From positions 1 to 48,264 of the forward strand of contig JAJRWI010000046.1 in NCBI GenBank assembly GCA_024276825.1: DNA of 48,264 bases, read 5' to 3'. Under the pieces are notes generated by a model. The model did no database searches, was not told the origin of the DNA, and worked only from the letters and a program-made list of their open reading frames with translations. A program made the translations under genes and the position numbers. This DNA is from an archaeon (GTDB lineage: Archaea > Asgardarchaeota > Thorarchaeia > Thorarchaeales > Thorarchaeaceae). Below are positions 38,432 to 48,099 of the stretch, in pieces. Every line of letters starts with the position of its first letter. Within the stretch, counting starts at the first letter, position 1.

Positions 38432-40195
38432 ATGGCTGAGAGACCCCGATACTTTATCCTTTTGATCCTGACTATATTCATTGCCTCATCTATTTACATA
38501 TCCTGGGCCACAGACCGCGCTCAGGGCCGCGCCTACTATGAATCCTTAAAGATATCTATTGATGGTCCAATTCCGTATTCAACTACTGAGGTTTCCTTTG
38601 ATGTCTACCAGCCTCGGCCATCAGGCTTCTTTGCTCCTTATCCAATCGTATTGACCATCCATGGGATTGGCGGCTCCAAAGAGATGATGTATGCATTTAA
38701 TGTCGAACTTGCCCGCAGAAATTTCACTGTAGTTTCAGTTGATCTGCCTGGACATGGAGATACTAGAGAACCCTTTAATCCATTTGATTTCGCCAGAATG
38801 GCAGAGGTCTGCTATTCTGTTCTTAATTATGTCTGGGATACATTTCCTAACATCGACAACTCAACCTATGGCGTTGTGGCTCACTCATTAGGTGTTGGTG
38901 TGGCCTTTGCAATGGCTGATATGGAAATTGCACCAAGTACGATTATTGCAGTGGGTTCTGATGGTGACCTTGGTTTTGAAGAACCAAGTCCTCCTCGATG
39001 CAATCTATTGTTTGCAATTGGTTCAAACGATGAGCTTGTTTCAAATGATGATGCATTAAATGCATTGAGGATGGTATCAAAGAATTCCAGTGCGCAGCCC
39101 TTTGTGACCTATGGTTCATTTTATTTTAGAAATGCTACTCGTCTTGTTTTTGGTGATAGCGAACACATACTTGAACTGATTGATCCTATCATAGTGAGCG
39201 AATCTGTCAGATGGATGATTTTGGCCTTACAAGGTGATTTTTATTTGAACAGGACTGCTCCTGTTAATGATCTGATTTATAATGCCAAGACCTATGGCAC
39301 TGTTGTTGGTTCAACTGCTCTCATTCTCTCACTGTTTCCATTAGCACTAATAGTCAATTCACTGCTTAATAGATTCATGAAATTACCAAAGAATGCATTT
39401 GATATTCGGGTCTCATTCAAGCATGCATTTATCTTTAGTACTGTGCTTGGGATTATTACATCAATACTCCTAGCTATCACCCCAGTCTTATATGTAAGCT
39501 CAATATTGACACACACAACAAACCTTCTTAGTCTTGGGACTGGCTTTCTTATTTTCTCAATTCTGATATCAATAGTTGCCCTTCTATTATATAGATTCAT
39601 TTTTGGAGAGCAAGCTTTTATGAAACAACTTGAATCATTAGGAATCAATCACAAATTTCAGTATGATCATGCCATGATCGCTCTACGTGGACTTGTCCTG
39701 ACTCTTGCCTGCCTAGTCTGGATGTTTGGCTTGGTCTTCTTTGCATCAACCGTTAGCGGATACGAATTTCAAATCATCTACATGTTATTTAATGTCCTTT
39801 CAAGTGAACGATTAGTGTTGGCCATTTTCATTGCGATCTCTCTGATACCATTTACGTTATTTGATATGGCCTTAATGCGAGGTCTATTAGCAAGAGCCAA
39901 GAAAGACTATGGCAAGTGGTTCAATACCAAAAGATCAATAATAATGCTGGCTGCGAAGCTAACAGGATATAGCATAACAATAATTCCAATAGTTATTGGT
40001 CTGGCTGTTTCAGGAGCACTGGTTGGTCCCTCGGTCCTTACAGGCCTTTTCTATCTGCTCTTCTTGGGTCTCACCGTATTGACCACCACAATAACCATTT
40101 GGAGTGAACATATCAAGTCAGACCCTTGGTTCCCAGTGTTCTTCAATGCAATGATGTACGCATGGGTCTTTGCAACAATATTCCCAATGGTCTAA
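38432..40195 (+). CDS. Membrane-anchored alpha/beta hydrolase with a multi-TM C-terminal domain
   Basis: IHGIGG, DLPGHG, AHSLG nucleophile elbow, NDELV and SEH, followed by about 8 TM helices. Confidence 0.82.
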   Translation: MAERPRYFILLILTIFIASSIYISWATDRAQGRAYYESLKISIDGPIPYSTTEVSFDVYQPRPSGFFAPYPIVLTIHGIGGSKEMMYAFNVELARRNFTVVSVDLPGHGDTREPFNPFDFARMAEVCYSVLNYVWDTFPNIDNSTYGVVAHSLGVGVAFAMADMEIAPSTIIAVGSDGDLGFEEPSPPRCNLLFAIGSNDELVSNDDALNALRMVSKNSSAQPFVTYGSFYFRNATRLVFGDSEHILELIDPIIVSESVRWMILALQGDFYLNRTAPVNDLIYNAKTYGTVVGSTALILSLFPLALIVNSLLNRFMKLPKNAFDIRVSFKHAFIFSTVLGIITSILLAITPVLYVSSILTHTTNLLSLGTGFLIFSILISIVALLLYRFIFGEQAFMKQLESLGINHKFQYDHAMIALRGLVLTLACLVWMFGLVFFASTVSGYEFQIIYMLFNVLSSERLVLAIFIAISLIPFTLFDMALMRGLLARAKKDYGKWFNTKRSIIMLAAKLTGYSITIIPIVIGLAVSGALVGPSVLTGLFYLLFLGLTVLTTTITIWSEHIKSDPWFPVFFNAMMYAWVFATIFPMV

Positions 40196-40200
40196 AATCA

Positions 40201-40479
40201 TCAATACTCGATGTCAATTATGTCGTGCTCTTCAGCATAATCATGTGCTTCTTTTATGGAATTAAAACACTTTATAACCTCGTAAGTAAAGAATTGCTGG
40301 TCCTCCCGATCCAGCTCTATTACAGGTCTGGGCTCATCACTGGCCTCTCTGTAAATTCTTATGAGACAGATTTTTTTCTTTACCTGCTCATCCTTGCATC
40401 TACCACAGTTTTTCTCTAAATAGATGCAATTCTTTGTTTCTATAACACGAATTATTTCTTCGTATTCAGTGGAGGACAT
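40201..40479 (-). CDS. Small hypothetical Cys-containing protein
   Basis: 92-aa ORF from the ATG at 40479 with C-x6-C-x2-C-x9-C; co-directional with neighbours. Confidence 0.55.
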   Translation of the reverse strand: MSSTEYEEIIRVIETKNCIYLEKNCGRCKDEQVKKKICLIRIYREASDEPRPVIELDREDQQFFTYEVIKCFNSIKEAHDYAEEHDIIDIEY

Positions 40480-40582
40480 GGGTATAACTAAAACAATCCA
40501 TAAAATGAGTCTTTTGTGTCTATTCTCTAGCATTTGAAAGACTGAGTTTGTTTGTTAGATGCGATTCTGAACAGCTCAATCA

Positions 40583-41806
40583 CTAATCCTCGAATACTGC
40601 GAACTCAAATCCATTTCTTTTGAAAAGACCCTGAAGGGTTTCAAGAGCAGATGCATCTGGCACCTCAAGAATGAGTTTGAGTTCTGTTTTATTCGGTGGG
40701 ATATCAGGATCACTTCTGTCTTGTTCAATGTTTATGACACTCACCCTTGACTCTGCAATCAACTCGATTACTCTTGTTAGGGTTCCAACACGATCAAGGA
40801 TAACGCCTTTCATTCTCACAGAACGCCCAAGACGGAAGAGTTCTTTTTCAACTACTCTTGCCATGAAGCTCATATCGATGTTTCCGCCTGAAAGAACTGC
40901 TACTGCTTTCTTGCCATTCACATCAATTTTTTTGTATTGATATGCAGCTAGACCAACACAACCTGCTGGTTCAACTACAATTTTCGCGCGCTCGAGAAGG
41001 AGAAATAGAGTCCTTGTGACTTCGAGTTCTTTAACTGTAGTCACACCTGAAAAGAGATCTTTTGCAATCTTGAAGGTGAGGTCTCCAACTCTTTTCACTG
41101 CAATGCCATCACACACCGTGTCAAGATTTGTAACACCTACCAGTTTTCCTGCCTTCAGAGATGAATACATCGAAGCGGCACTCTCGGCTTCCACACCATA
41201 TATCTGAATATCTGGATTCATCGATTTTAGCGCAATAGCAATACCTGCAGAGAGACCTCCCCCACCAACCGGAATTGATACTACCTCAACATCAGGAAGG
41301 CTCTCGTAGATCTCAAGCCCTATTGTTCCCTGTCCCGCAATCACATTCTCATTATTGAATGGATGTAGAAAAGTTGCACCTGTTTCATCTGCTAGTTCCT
41401 TTGCCTTAGCAAGAGCCTCATCAAACACCGTGCCATGAAGCACCACGTTTGCCCCATATCCCCTTGTGGCATGAATCTTTGCTATTGGTGAGAATACCGG
41501 CATGACAATAGTAGAGGGAATACCAAGCCTTGTTGCTGCATATGCGACCCCCTGAGCATGATTACCTGCTGAGGCTGCGATGACTCCTGCCTTCTTCTCA
41601 TCGTCACTCAATTGCGACATTGCATAAGCCGCACCTCGGACCTTGAATGATCCTGTCTTTTGCAAGTTTTCCAGCTTGAGGTATATAGTACCGCCGGTCA
41701 TTTTGCTGAATGTTGATGACTGATCCAAGCGAGTGATGTGAATTATGTCACTTAATACCTCTCGGGCATCTTGTATCTTTTCAAAAATGCGTTCATACTT
41801 TTTCAT
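40583..41806 (-). CDS. ilvA: Threonine ammonia-lyase (dehydratase) with a C-terminal ACT domain
   Basis: KLENLQKTGSFKVRGA, ASAGNHAQG, GQGTIGLE, VGGGGL, EPAG, SGGNID, then one ACT domain (TdcB/short IlvA type). Confidence 0.92.
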   Translation of the reverse strand: MKKYERIFEKIQDAREVLSDIIHITRLDQSSTFSKMTGGTIYLKLENLQKTGSFKVRGAAYAMSQLSDDEKKAGVIAASAGNHAQGVAYAATRLGIPSTIVMPVFSPIAKIHATRGYGANVVLHGTVFDEALAKAKELADETGATFLHPFNNENVIAGQGTIGLEIYESLPDVEVVSIPVGGGGLSAGIAIALKSMNPDIQIYGVEAESAASMYSSLKAGKLVGVTNLDTVCDGIAVKRVGDLTFKIAKDLFSGVTTVKELEVTRTLFLLLERAKIVVEPAGCVGLAAYQYKKIDVNGKKAVAVLSGGNIDMSFMARVVEKELFRLGRSVRMKGVILDRVGTLTRVIELIAESRVSVINIEQDRSDPDIPPNKTELKLILEVPDASALETLQGLFKRNGFEFAVFED

Positions 41807-41896
41807 TGGAGTCGCCGTGCCCTCATCATGTACATAGTCATTGATTAATCCTTCTAGGGCCTTATGAAGGGACCTGCGTTTCAGTGCCAATTGTCA

Positions 41897-43039
41897 TTAA
41901 TAGACATGCTGCTTGATGTCTAGACCTTTGCTTCTGAGAGCATTAATGAACGGATCGGGAGGGATTGAACGCTCGGGAGGCAATACCCCCTGTTCGGTTA
42001 TTGTTCCATCTGCCATCATAATGGCCGCTGTTGTGGCCGAGAACGATGTGGTCCTCATCATTGACGTGAGACCGCTTTCCTCATCAAAATAGTCTATCAA
42101 CTCATAGACCACTGTTCTGGACTCGGTGCCTTTCCAGCCCTCAATTGTGACCCTGACAACAGTGACATCCTTTCCAGTTGGTGGTAAGTTCTTCTCAAGT
42201 AGTTTCTCTAGAACCTTCCGCGGTGCAATCCTTACACCATTGAAGTCCTGCTCTTCGCTGTCCATGAAACCAAGCTTCATTAACGTCCACATCTTGTGTC
42301 CATGTCCCGGATATCGAAGTGTCTTGTAGTCCAAGTTGTTAACAATTCCCTGATAGGTCAATGGCAGAGTGGATGTTCCACCACTAGTATTGAATGCTTC
42401 AAGCACGCCGAGTGGTTCGGGAAACTCTAACTGTTCAAAGCCTACAAGGGGGTCTTCAAAATCAATCTTCCCGTTTCGTAGGACCATACATGGCTCAACA
42501 TACTCATTGATTAGACCTTCTACTGAAAAAATCAGGGCGTAGTTCAATGGTGGCCTTGGTTCTTGCTGTAGACCGCCTACTCTAATCATCACGTTTTCTG
42601 TCTTGGTGAGATAGTCAACTCCCGCTCTGACCAGCACGCTAACCATTCCAGGTGCAAGGCCACAATCGGGTATTATTGTAATTCCTGCATCCTTGGCCTG
42701 TTCATGCATTTCAAGTTGTTTCTCTACAATCTTGAAGTTTCCTCCCAAATCGCACATGTGTGTGCTAGTCTGAATAGCGACCTGTGTGTGCAAAACATTG
42801 ACCTTGTAACTTACAGCACTAATGACAACATCAACCTCGTTAAATGCATCCACAAGTTGTTGCTTATCGCTGGCATCAACTCTTCTTGCAACGACTTTAT
42901 TTCCCATCTTGCTTGCTAGTTCCTTTGCACGCCCCTCATCTATGTCAGCAGCAATGACCTGTTCTACAGAATCGTGCCTTACAAGATCATAAACTGCCCC
43001 TTGTCCCATTAGCCCTGAACCCAAAACGAGAACTTTCAC
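41897..43039 (-). CDS. Saccharopine dehydrogenase / lysine 6-dehydrogenase family protein
   Basis: VLGSGLMG, CDLGGN, PDCGLAPG, RVGGL, FSVEGLINEY, KTLRYPGH, MMRTT. Confidence 0.9.
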   Translation of the reverse strand: MKVLVLGSGLMGQGAVYDLVRHDSVEQVIAADIDEGRAKELASKMGNKVVARRVDASDKQQLVDAFNEVDVVISAVSYKVNVLHTQVAIQTSTHMCDLGGNFKIVEKQLEMHEQAKDAGITIIPDCGLAPGMVSVLVRAGVDYLTKTENVMIRVGGLQQEPRPPLNYALIFSVEGLINEYVEPCMVLRNGKIDFEDPLVGFEQLEFPEPLGVLEAFNTSGGTSTLPLTYQGIVNNLDYKTLRYPGHGHKMWTLMKLGFMDSEEQDFNGVRIAPRKVLEKLLEKNLPPTGKDVTVVRVTIEGWKGTESRTVVYELIDYFDEESGLTSMMRTTSFSATTAAIMMADGTITEQGVLPPERSIPPDPFINALRSKGLDIKQHVY

Positions 43040-43130
43040 AGCACATTCCTCTATTGCAATACTATCGAATTGGCATGTAAAAAATAGTTCTATTTTCTGT
43101 GGAGTCTTATTTCATCATTATGTTTACCGC

Positions 43131-44414
43131 TTAGCTTTTTTTCTTCAGGATAACTAAATGCTCCGTCTTGATTCTACTGTCCTTTTCGCCCGACGCGGGA
43201 TTGACTTCTGCCTTAAACATTACCCTAGAAACTATCGTATCAACTAAGGTGACCTCATGCATCCATCCATGTTCATTAAGATGCTCGATTATTATGTCAT
43301 CAATAGGAATTGATGTTGTTCTAATCTTCGCAGGACCAACAAAAATGCACATTCGATTAGTAATCTTCTCCCCCAACGAAGTGAATGAGCCCAACATTGC
43401 GTGGAAGTATCTGTCATAAAGGACCTTGAGTTTCTCATTAGATATCAAATCTCTGAACTTATTATATCTCTCAGAATTGATCTCTATCTCCTTCACATCT
43501 CTATAGGGTATCTCTTTTCTACTTAGTTCCTTGATATATTTCTCATCATGGCCCAACCAAAATAGTTCTAACTTTGATGATCTGATATACTCCTGCGCCT
43601 GCAAATATGGTGGTGACGTGATCAAAATATCTGCTGAATAATCCAGTTGTGTTTCAATAATGTCAATTCCTGACTTAATAGTATAATCTACATCAATCGG
43701 TGAAAGACCCTGGTACTCCTGCATTCTTCTTAATAGTTTTAGAATTTCTTTCTTTAGCATCTTGTAAAATATCTTGGACCAATCCTTCTCCAACAGTTTC
43801 GAGATTTTTTTCTTTGAGAATTTCGACTTGTACAGCTTGTGGACCTTCTCATCACCATATGAGAAATACTTGGTCACTTTAATCAATGGCAATAGAAGGA
43901 CCCTCTTCATCTCTCTTGGCAAAGCATGGGCAAATCCCCATGATTTTGAAAGTAGTGGAATAAACTCGTCTGGAAACCAATAATGCAGGTTTGACCATTT
44001 TGGAAGGAACTCGTCATTTGACTGTGCAATCTCTCTCATTAATTGATCGATATTCAACTTGTAAGGCTTGGAGACTGCAGTATCATGAATGATATCAATT
44101 ATTGGGTTCAGGTCCCAGAGTTCATAGTCCAATCCATATATACGTGAAACAAGACCTGTAGTGCCATAGCCAGCAAATGGGTCGAATATTCGCATGCCTG
44201 GCTCAGCATACTTCTTTAATGCATATGCCACAACTTGTGGAATGAACTTAGCAGGATACTTGTATATTGAGAAAGTTCCATATGTTGTTGATGGCAGTTC
44301 AGGAATTGTATCTCTAAATACTATTGGCACCTTTGTGCATGACCCCTCTTGGTCTGTCAACGGAATGGGCTGAAACTTCTCTCTCATCTCATCATTTGTG
44401 GAGCATTCTCCCAA
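43131..44414 (-). CDS. DNA amino-methyltransferase, probably N4-cytosine, alpha-class motif order
   Basis: YPAKFIP (motif X), DPFAGYGTT (motif I), TSPPY (motif IV). No endonuclease gene adjacent. The start may be the ATG nine codons downstream. Confidence 0.85.
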   Translation of the reverse strand: MGECSTNDEMREKFQPIPLTDQEGSCTKVPIVFRDTIPELPSTTYGTFSIYKYPAKFIPQVVAYALKKYAEPGMRIFDPFAGYGTTGLVSRIYGLDYELWDLNPIIDIIHDTAVSKPYKLNIDQLMREIAQSNDEFLPKWSNLHYWFPDEFIPLLSKSWGFAHALPREMKRVLLLPLIKVTKYFSYGDEKVHKLYKSKFSKKKISKLLEKDWSKIFYKMLKKEILKLLRRMQEYQGLSPIDVDYTIKSGIDIIETQLDYSADILITSPPYLQAQEYIRSSKLELFWLGHDEKYIKELSRKEIPYRDVKEIEINSERYNKFRDLISNEKLKVLYDRYFHAMLGSFTSLGEKITNRMCIFVGPAKIRTTSIPIDDIIIEHLNEHGWMHEVTLVDTIVSRVMFKAEVNPASGEKDSRIKTEHLVILKKKS

Positions 44415-44441
44415 ATAAATGCACCATACTCATTGATGGCA

Positions 44442-46328
44442 CTATACTTCGCGTGAGAATATAGCCTGCTTGGTGATCATTTTGGGCAACATGAGTTGCT
44501 GCTTAGGAGCGAATGATGTCTTGGAAGCAATTTCTTCTGCAACATCATCAATCTTCATCTCTACTTGATCACCCTCAGCACGACGCCTTACTGAAACCTT
44601 CCCGCTCTTTTTCTCCCTTTCACCAATAACACAGATGTATGGGATCCAGAGCTTCTCAGCAGAGCGTATCTTTTTGCCTACTGTCAAAGACCTGTCGTCA
44701 ATCTCATAGCGAATGCCATACTTGTCAAGTTCTTTTCCAAGCTCAACACAGTAGTCTATGAGCGAGTCATCAACTGGAACGAGTCTCAATTGAACGGGAG
44801 TCATCCAGAGTGGTAGGGTTGGCTTCTTGCCCCTTTTCATATCCTTGTGGGCCTGCTCCAGAACACCATAGAGTATCCTCTCAATTGATCCTGATGGTGA
44901 AGTGTGTAGAATAAGTGGATAGTGTTCCTTCCCATCCTCTCCAATATATGTGATGTTAAACCTCTGACTGTTCTCTACATCGATCTGGCAGGTGCCCAAG
45001 CATGCTGCCTTCTTCTGAGCATCTACAACATTCCACTCACCCTTAAACAAGAAGTACGCATATCTCTCATCGAAGACCTCAATCATCACCGGCTTTCCTA
45101 CTCTGGCAACAACAGCATTGATGAAATCGCGGTGTTCTTCAAAGAATGACCTTAAGATTCTGAAAGAGACCTCATATTGAATCTCTAACTCTGCATGGAG
45201 TTTCATAATGAATTCAAGCTGTTTGAGTATGGACTGCTTGGCCATCTCGACATCTGCAACTATCTCGTGAATGTCAGGCATTGTGAATGCTCTGGGTCTT
45301 CGCATTCCTGCCAGCTCGCCACTCTGTTCTCGTCTAAATGATGGTGCAATCTCGAATATCTTTAGGGGTAGTTGGCGGTATGAAACCTGTGCCTGTGATA
45401 TCATTAGAAACTGGCCGAAGCAGGCTGAGAACCTTGCAAAATAGTCGCGGTCTCCCGATCTGACAACATACTGTCTTGAAGGGAATCGCTGAAGGTATGA
45501 CTTTAACGAAGGATGTTGATAGTCATAGATCAATGGTGTCTGAACTATATGCGCCCCATATTCCAACATCTCTTTGATTACTCTCTCCTCAACAGCACGT
45601 TTCAGGGTCAGTCCTCTTGGGGGCCATCTGAAGTTTCCGGCATCGGAGCCCGGTTCGTAATCGACCAATTCAAGCTGTTTCATGTATTCAATGTGCACAG
45701 GTGGCTCGCTTGCTGTACGGTCCTTAGCGGTCTCGTACTTCACATACAAACGCAATTCCTCGAAACCTGTGAAGTCAAACTTCTCTACGGGAGTGACACT
45801 CCCATCAGGTTCCATAATGTAAAACTTTGAATGGGCCTCTTCTTCCGCTTTTATCGCAGTCAGGTCCTCTCCCTCTGTCACTTCCTCTTCAGTGATCTCT
45901 GTAGTTTCCACATCGAGTACCTTTGATCTCTCTGCCAATGGATGCCCTTTACAATGAATACTGAATGCCTTATACCAACCGAAGGGAACTCTTACAACGT
46001 TGTATCCCTGTTCTTCCAGTATCTTGGCTACACTCTTTAGCATCTTGAGAGCCACAGAGGGCTTTGCAGGAGCTTCAGTGAGATGTACCCATGGATAGAC
46101 TACAATGTTCTTCTCCTTCACATCTTCTGCTGCTGATGCTATCATCTGGGCTGTGAGTGAGGACGCCTTTGTTATGTTCTTTTCATCTGAACTCTCAGCT
46201 GCAATGAAGTTGACCAGACACGAATCATCGGTAGAATAGGTCTTTGATTCAACCTTTTCTGCACTCTTTATTGCCTTTCTTTTCAGCTCGTATCCAAAAC
46301 CGTCCGAGTGTATTTGAAGCATCCTCAT
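44442..46328 (-). CDS. thrS: Threonine--tRNA ligase, archaeal type
   Basis: Archaeal N-terminal editing domain (YPWVHL, PFGWYKAF, CKGHPLAE), RFSACFG, FRREQSGE, RAFTMPD, LHTSPSGSIER and an anticodon-binding domain. GGAGGT lies upstream. Confidence 0.97.
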   Translation of the reverse strand: MRMLQIHSDGFGYELKRKAIKSAEKVESKTYSTDDSCLVNFIAAESSDEKNITKASSLTAQMIASAAEDVKEKNIVVYPWVHLTEAPAKPSVALKMLKSVAKILEEQGYNVVRVPFGWYKAFSIHCKGHPLAERSKVLDVETTEITEEEVTEGEDLTAIKAEEEAHSKFYIMEPDGSVTPVEKFDFTGFEELRLYVKYETAKDRTASEPPVHIEYMKQLELVDYEPGSDAGNFRWPPRGLTLKRAVEERVIKEMLEYGAHIVQTPLIYDYQHPSLKSYLQRFPSRQYVVRSGDRDYFARFSACFGQFLMISQAQVSYRQLPLKIFEIAPSFRREQSGELAGMRRPRAFTMPDIHEIVADVEMAKQSILKQLEFIMKLHAELEIQYEVSFRILRSFFEEHRDFINAVVARVGKPVMIEVFDERYAYFLFKGEWNVVDAQKKAACLGTCQIDVENSQRFNITYIGEDGKEHYPLILHTSPSGSIERILYGVLEQAHKDMKRGKKPTLPLWMTPVQLRLVPVDDSLIDYCVELGKELDKYGIRYEIDDRSLTVGKKIRSAEKLWIPYICVIGEREKKSGKVSVRRRAEGDQVEMKIDDVAEEIASKTSFAPKQQLMLPKMITKQAIFSREV

Positions 46329-46365
46329 CTTCTTTACCTCCTGGATTCTCTCTTTGATTGCTCAA

Positions 46366-46375
46366 TTAAGCTTGA
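46366..46375 (-). promoter_or_regulatory. Putative BRE/TATA-like promoter element TCAAGCTTAA upstream of thrS
   Basis: 38 nt upstream of the thrS ATG; identical to the 10-mer upstream of tyrS. Confidence 0.45.
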
Positions 46376-46447
46376 CGACATAGCCTGTTTTATTACTAAA
46401 ATGCTTTGTCTTGAATTATCTACTAATGCTATTGACTTGTAACAATT

Positions 46448-47437
46448 TCAGTTATATCTTCGATAACGGACAGCCTGGTTGATCCCTTCCCCATAATATA
46501 GAAAGAAGATTACTCCAAAAATAATGCTAATCGCAGCACCAATATTCATCCAGTTTTTGAACTCGTCCCACAGAATCTGATCCTCATTTCTTCCATCCTT
46601 CCAAATTTGAATTAGATCCACCTTCATAGGACGTTGAACTTCAACTGGGTTGTCCTCAAAATCACGAAATGATGCACTTAGGTGAATTGTATAGTTACCA
46701 TATTCAAGATTCCATGAATATGCATCCCAGCTTTGAAAGTTGTTCTCAGGAGTGGGAAGAATAATTAATGTCTGTGTATCAATAACCGATCCATTTTGAT
46801 GTATTATTTGGACTGTACAATAGCACACAACACCATTTGGCACCTCATATGATGCTTCAACTCTAAGTGTGGGGCGATAATACTGGGACTCGATGATCGA
46901 GAAATTCACATTCATTGGCTCGTAGAAATTGATCACACTGACATTCTCTCCAGGATCAATGGGTCCGTGCATTGCAGGAGGTCTTACAAAGAACAGTAGA
47001 AATGCAAGAACAAGACACGCTGTCAATATAGAATAACGCCTTACTATCTTGATGTCATAATTGTCTTTTGCATTCTTCTTGTTCCTATATACTAGAACAA
47101 ACGAGATGACAGTTCCAGCAATTGCGATGATCATGGATGTTGCTATTGCTTCAATTGCTTCCCCTGTTGAAGTTGTGTAAATGAGAGGATCGAGCCCCCT
47201 ATAGTATTCCCATCCATCATAGAGACCATCAAAATCAGTATCTGGATTGTTTGGATCCGTCCCAATCTGACCTTCAAGTGAATCTGGCAAAGAGTCATTG
47301 TCGCTATCCGAACTCTGCCTAGGATCGATGCCAATGATTGGGTGTACCGCGTGTGCTAAACAGTTAGCTTGTAACAGTAGATACGATATCAGAAATAGAA
47401 TGAGGAATTTACTAGTCAAGTTATTATTCGTTTTCAT
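46448..47437 (-). CDS. Membrane protein with Ca-binding acidic (DxDxDG, TSP3-like) repeats
   Basis: Signal-like N-terminus, DSDNDSLPDSLE-x3-GTDPNNPDTDFDGLYDGWE, two TMs, a beta-rich domain and a C-terminal TM. Confidence 0.75.
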   Translation of the reverse strand: MKTNNNLTSKFLILFLISYLLLQANCLAHAVHPIIGIDPRQSSDSDNDSLPDSLEGQIGTDPNNPDTDFDGLYDGWEYYRGLDPLIYTTSTGEAIEAIATSMIIAIAGTVISFVLVYRNKKNAKDNYDIKIVRRYSILTACLVLAFLLFFVRPPAMHGPIDPGENVSVINFYEPMNVNFSIIESQYYRPTLRVEASYEVPNGVVCYCTVQIIHQNGSVIDTQTLIILPTPENNFQSWDAYSWNLEYGNYTIHLSASFRDFEDNPVEVQRPMKVDLIQIWKDGRNEDQILWDEFKNWMNIGAAISIIFGVIFFLYYGEGINQAVRYRRYN

Positions 47438-47670
47438 TCTCCCTAAACGCCTTGAATGCTTTATCTCCTGTTTCTATATGATTAAGGTACTCTAATAAAC
47501 CTAATGAGTTCTAAGATTTTTGCACACTCAATTTATTCAATATTCTAAATATTCCTTAAATTCAATAATACTGAATAAATATGCTAATGCCGTTTGAAAA
47601 GAAAATGCTGTTTTCCAAAAATAAATAGCTGAAAATTCCTAATATGTCCTATTATCAAGGTGCGTTTCCT

Positions 47671-48099
47671 ATGATCATTGACACAGTTATGACTTGGCTG
47701 AATATAATGAAAGTTGAATACGAACTGGATTTTGATAACAACATGTTTTGAACTGAGTGGGTATTGGATGACTACAAGTTTGAGGTCTTATTGATCTATA
47801 CTGCTGATGGCTTGATAAAGATCAGAGCTTTACTATTGAAATCTGATGATATCCCTCCATTGATTAGAGGGGCATTATATGTTGAGCTATTAAAAGAGAA
47901 CTCACGTCATGATGAAGTGGTCTACTCAATGGATGACTTTGAGAACATATATGCGAAAAACGATGTTCCTGAATATGCGAATCTCGAAACATTTCTCACT
48001 GAATTTAAAGCTGTAGTATATGCTGTGAAATACTTCAATAACAACATTGCACCAATATTTGGACTGAGAAATGCAATGCAGATTAATATAGCTCAGTAG
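47671..48099 (+). pseudogene. YbjN / T3SS-chaperone-like fold protein interrupted by an in-frame TGA (47749-47751)
   Basis: From the ATG at 47671 it reads MIIDTVMTWLNIMKVEYELDFDNNMF*TEWVLDDYKFEV... in frame with the 47764 ORF. LYVELLKEN...YSMD pattern resembles YbjN-like proteins. Confidence 0.55.

Noticed and set aside
41807-41897. Longer TTG start for threonine dehydratase, and an 11-codon ORF overlapping the upstream stop (TAATG)
   Set aside because: Family similarity begins near the ATG at 41806. The short ORF has no strong Thr/Ile run that would indicate an attenuator leader.
43131-44414. Defence island around the methyltransferase
   Set aside because: It is flanked directly by housekeeping and metabolic genes, with no nuclease, helicase or integrase nearby.
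389-47495. Numerous 60-140 aa ORFs antisense to or nested in long genes
   Set aside because: They are shadow ORFs overlapping well-supported genes, with no recognisable motifs.
47438-47670. AT-rich region as a replication origin or mobile-element end
   Set aside because: No ORB-like repeats, terminal inverted repeats, or adjacent cdc6/transposase gene. It is consistent with a divergent promoter region.
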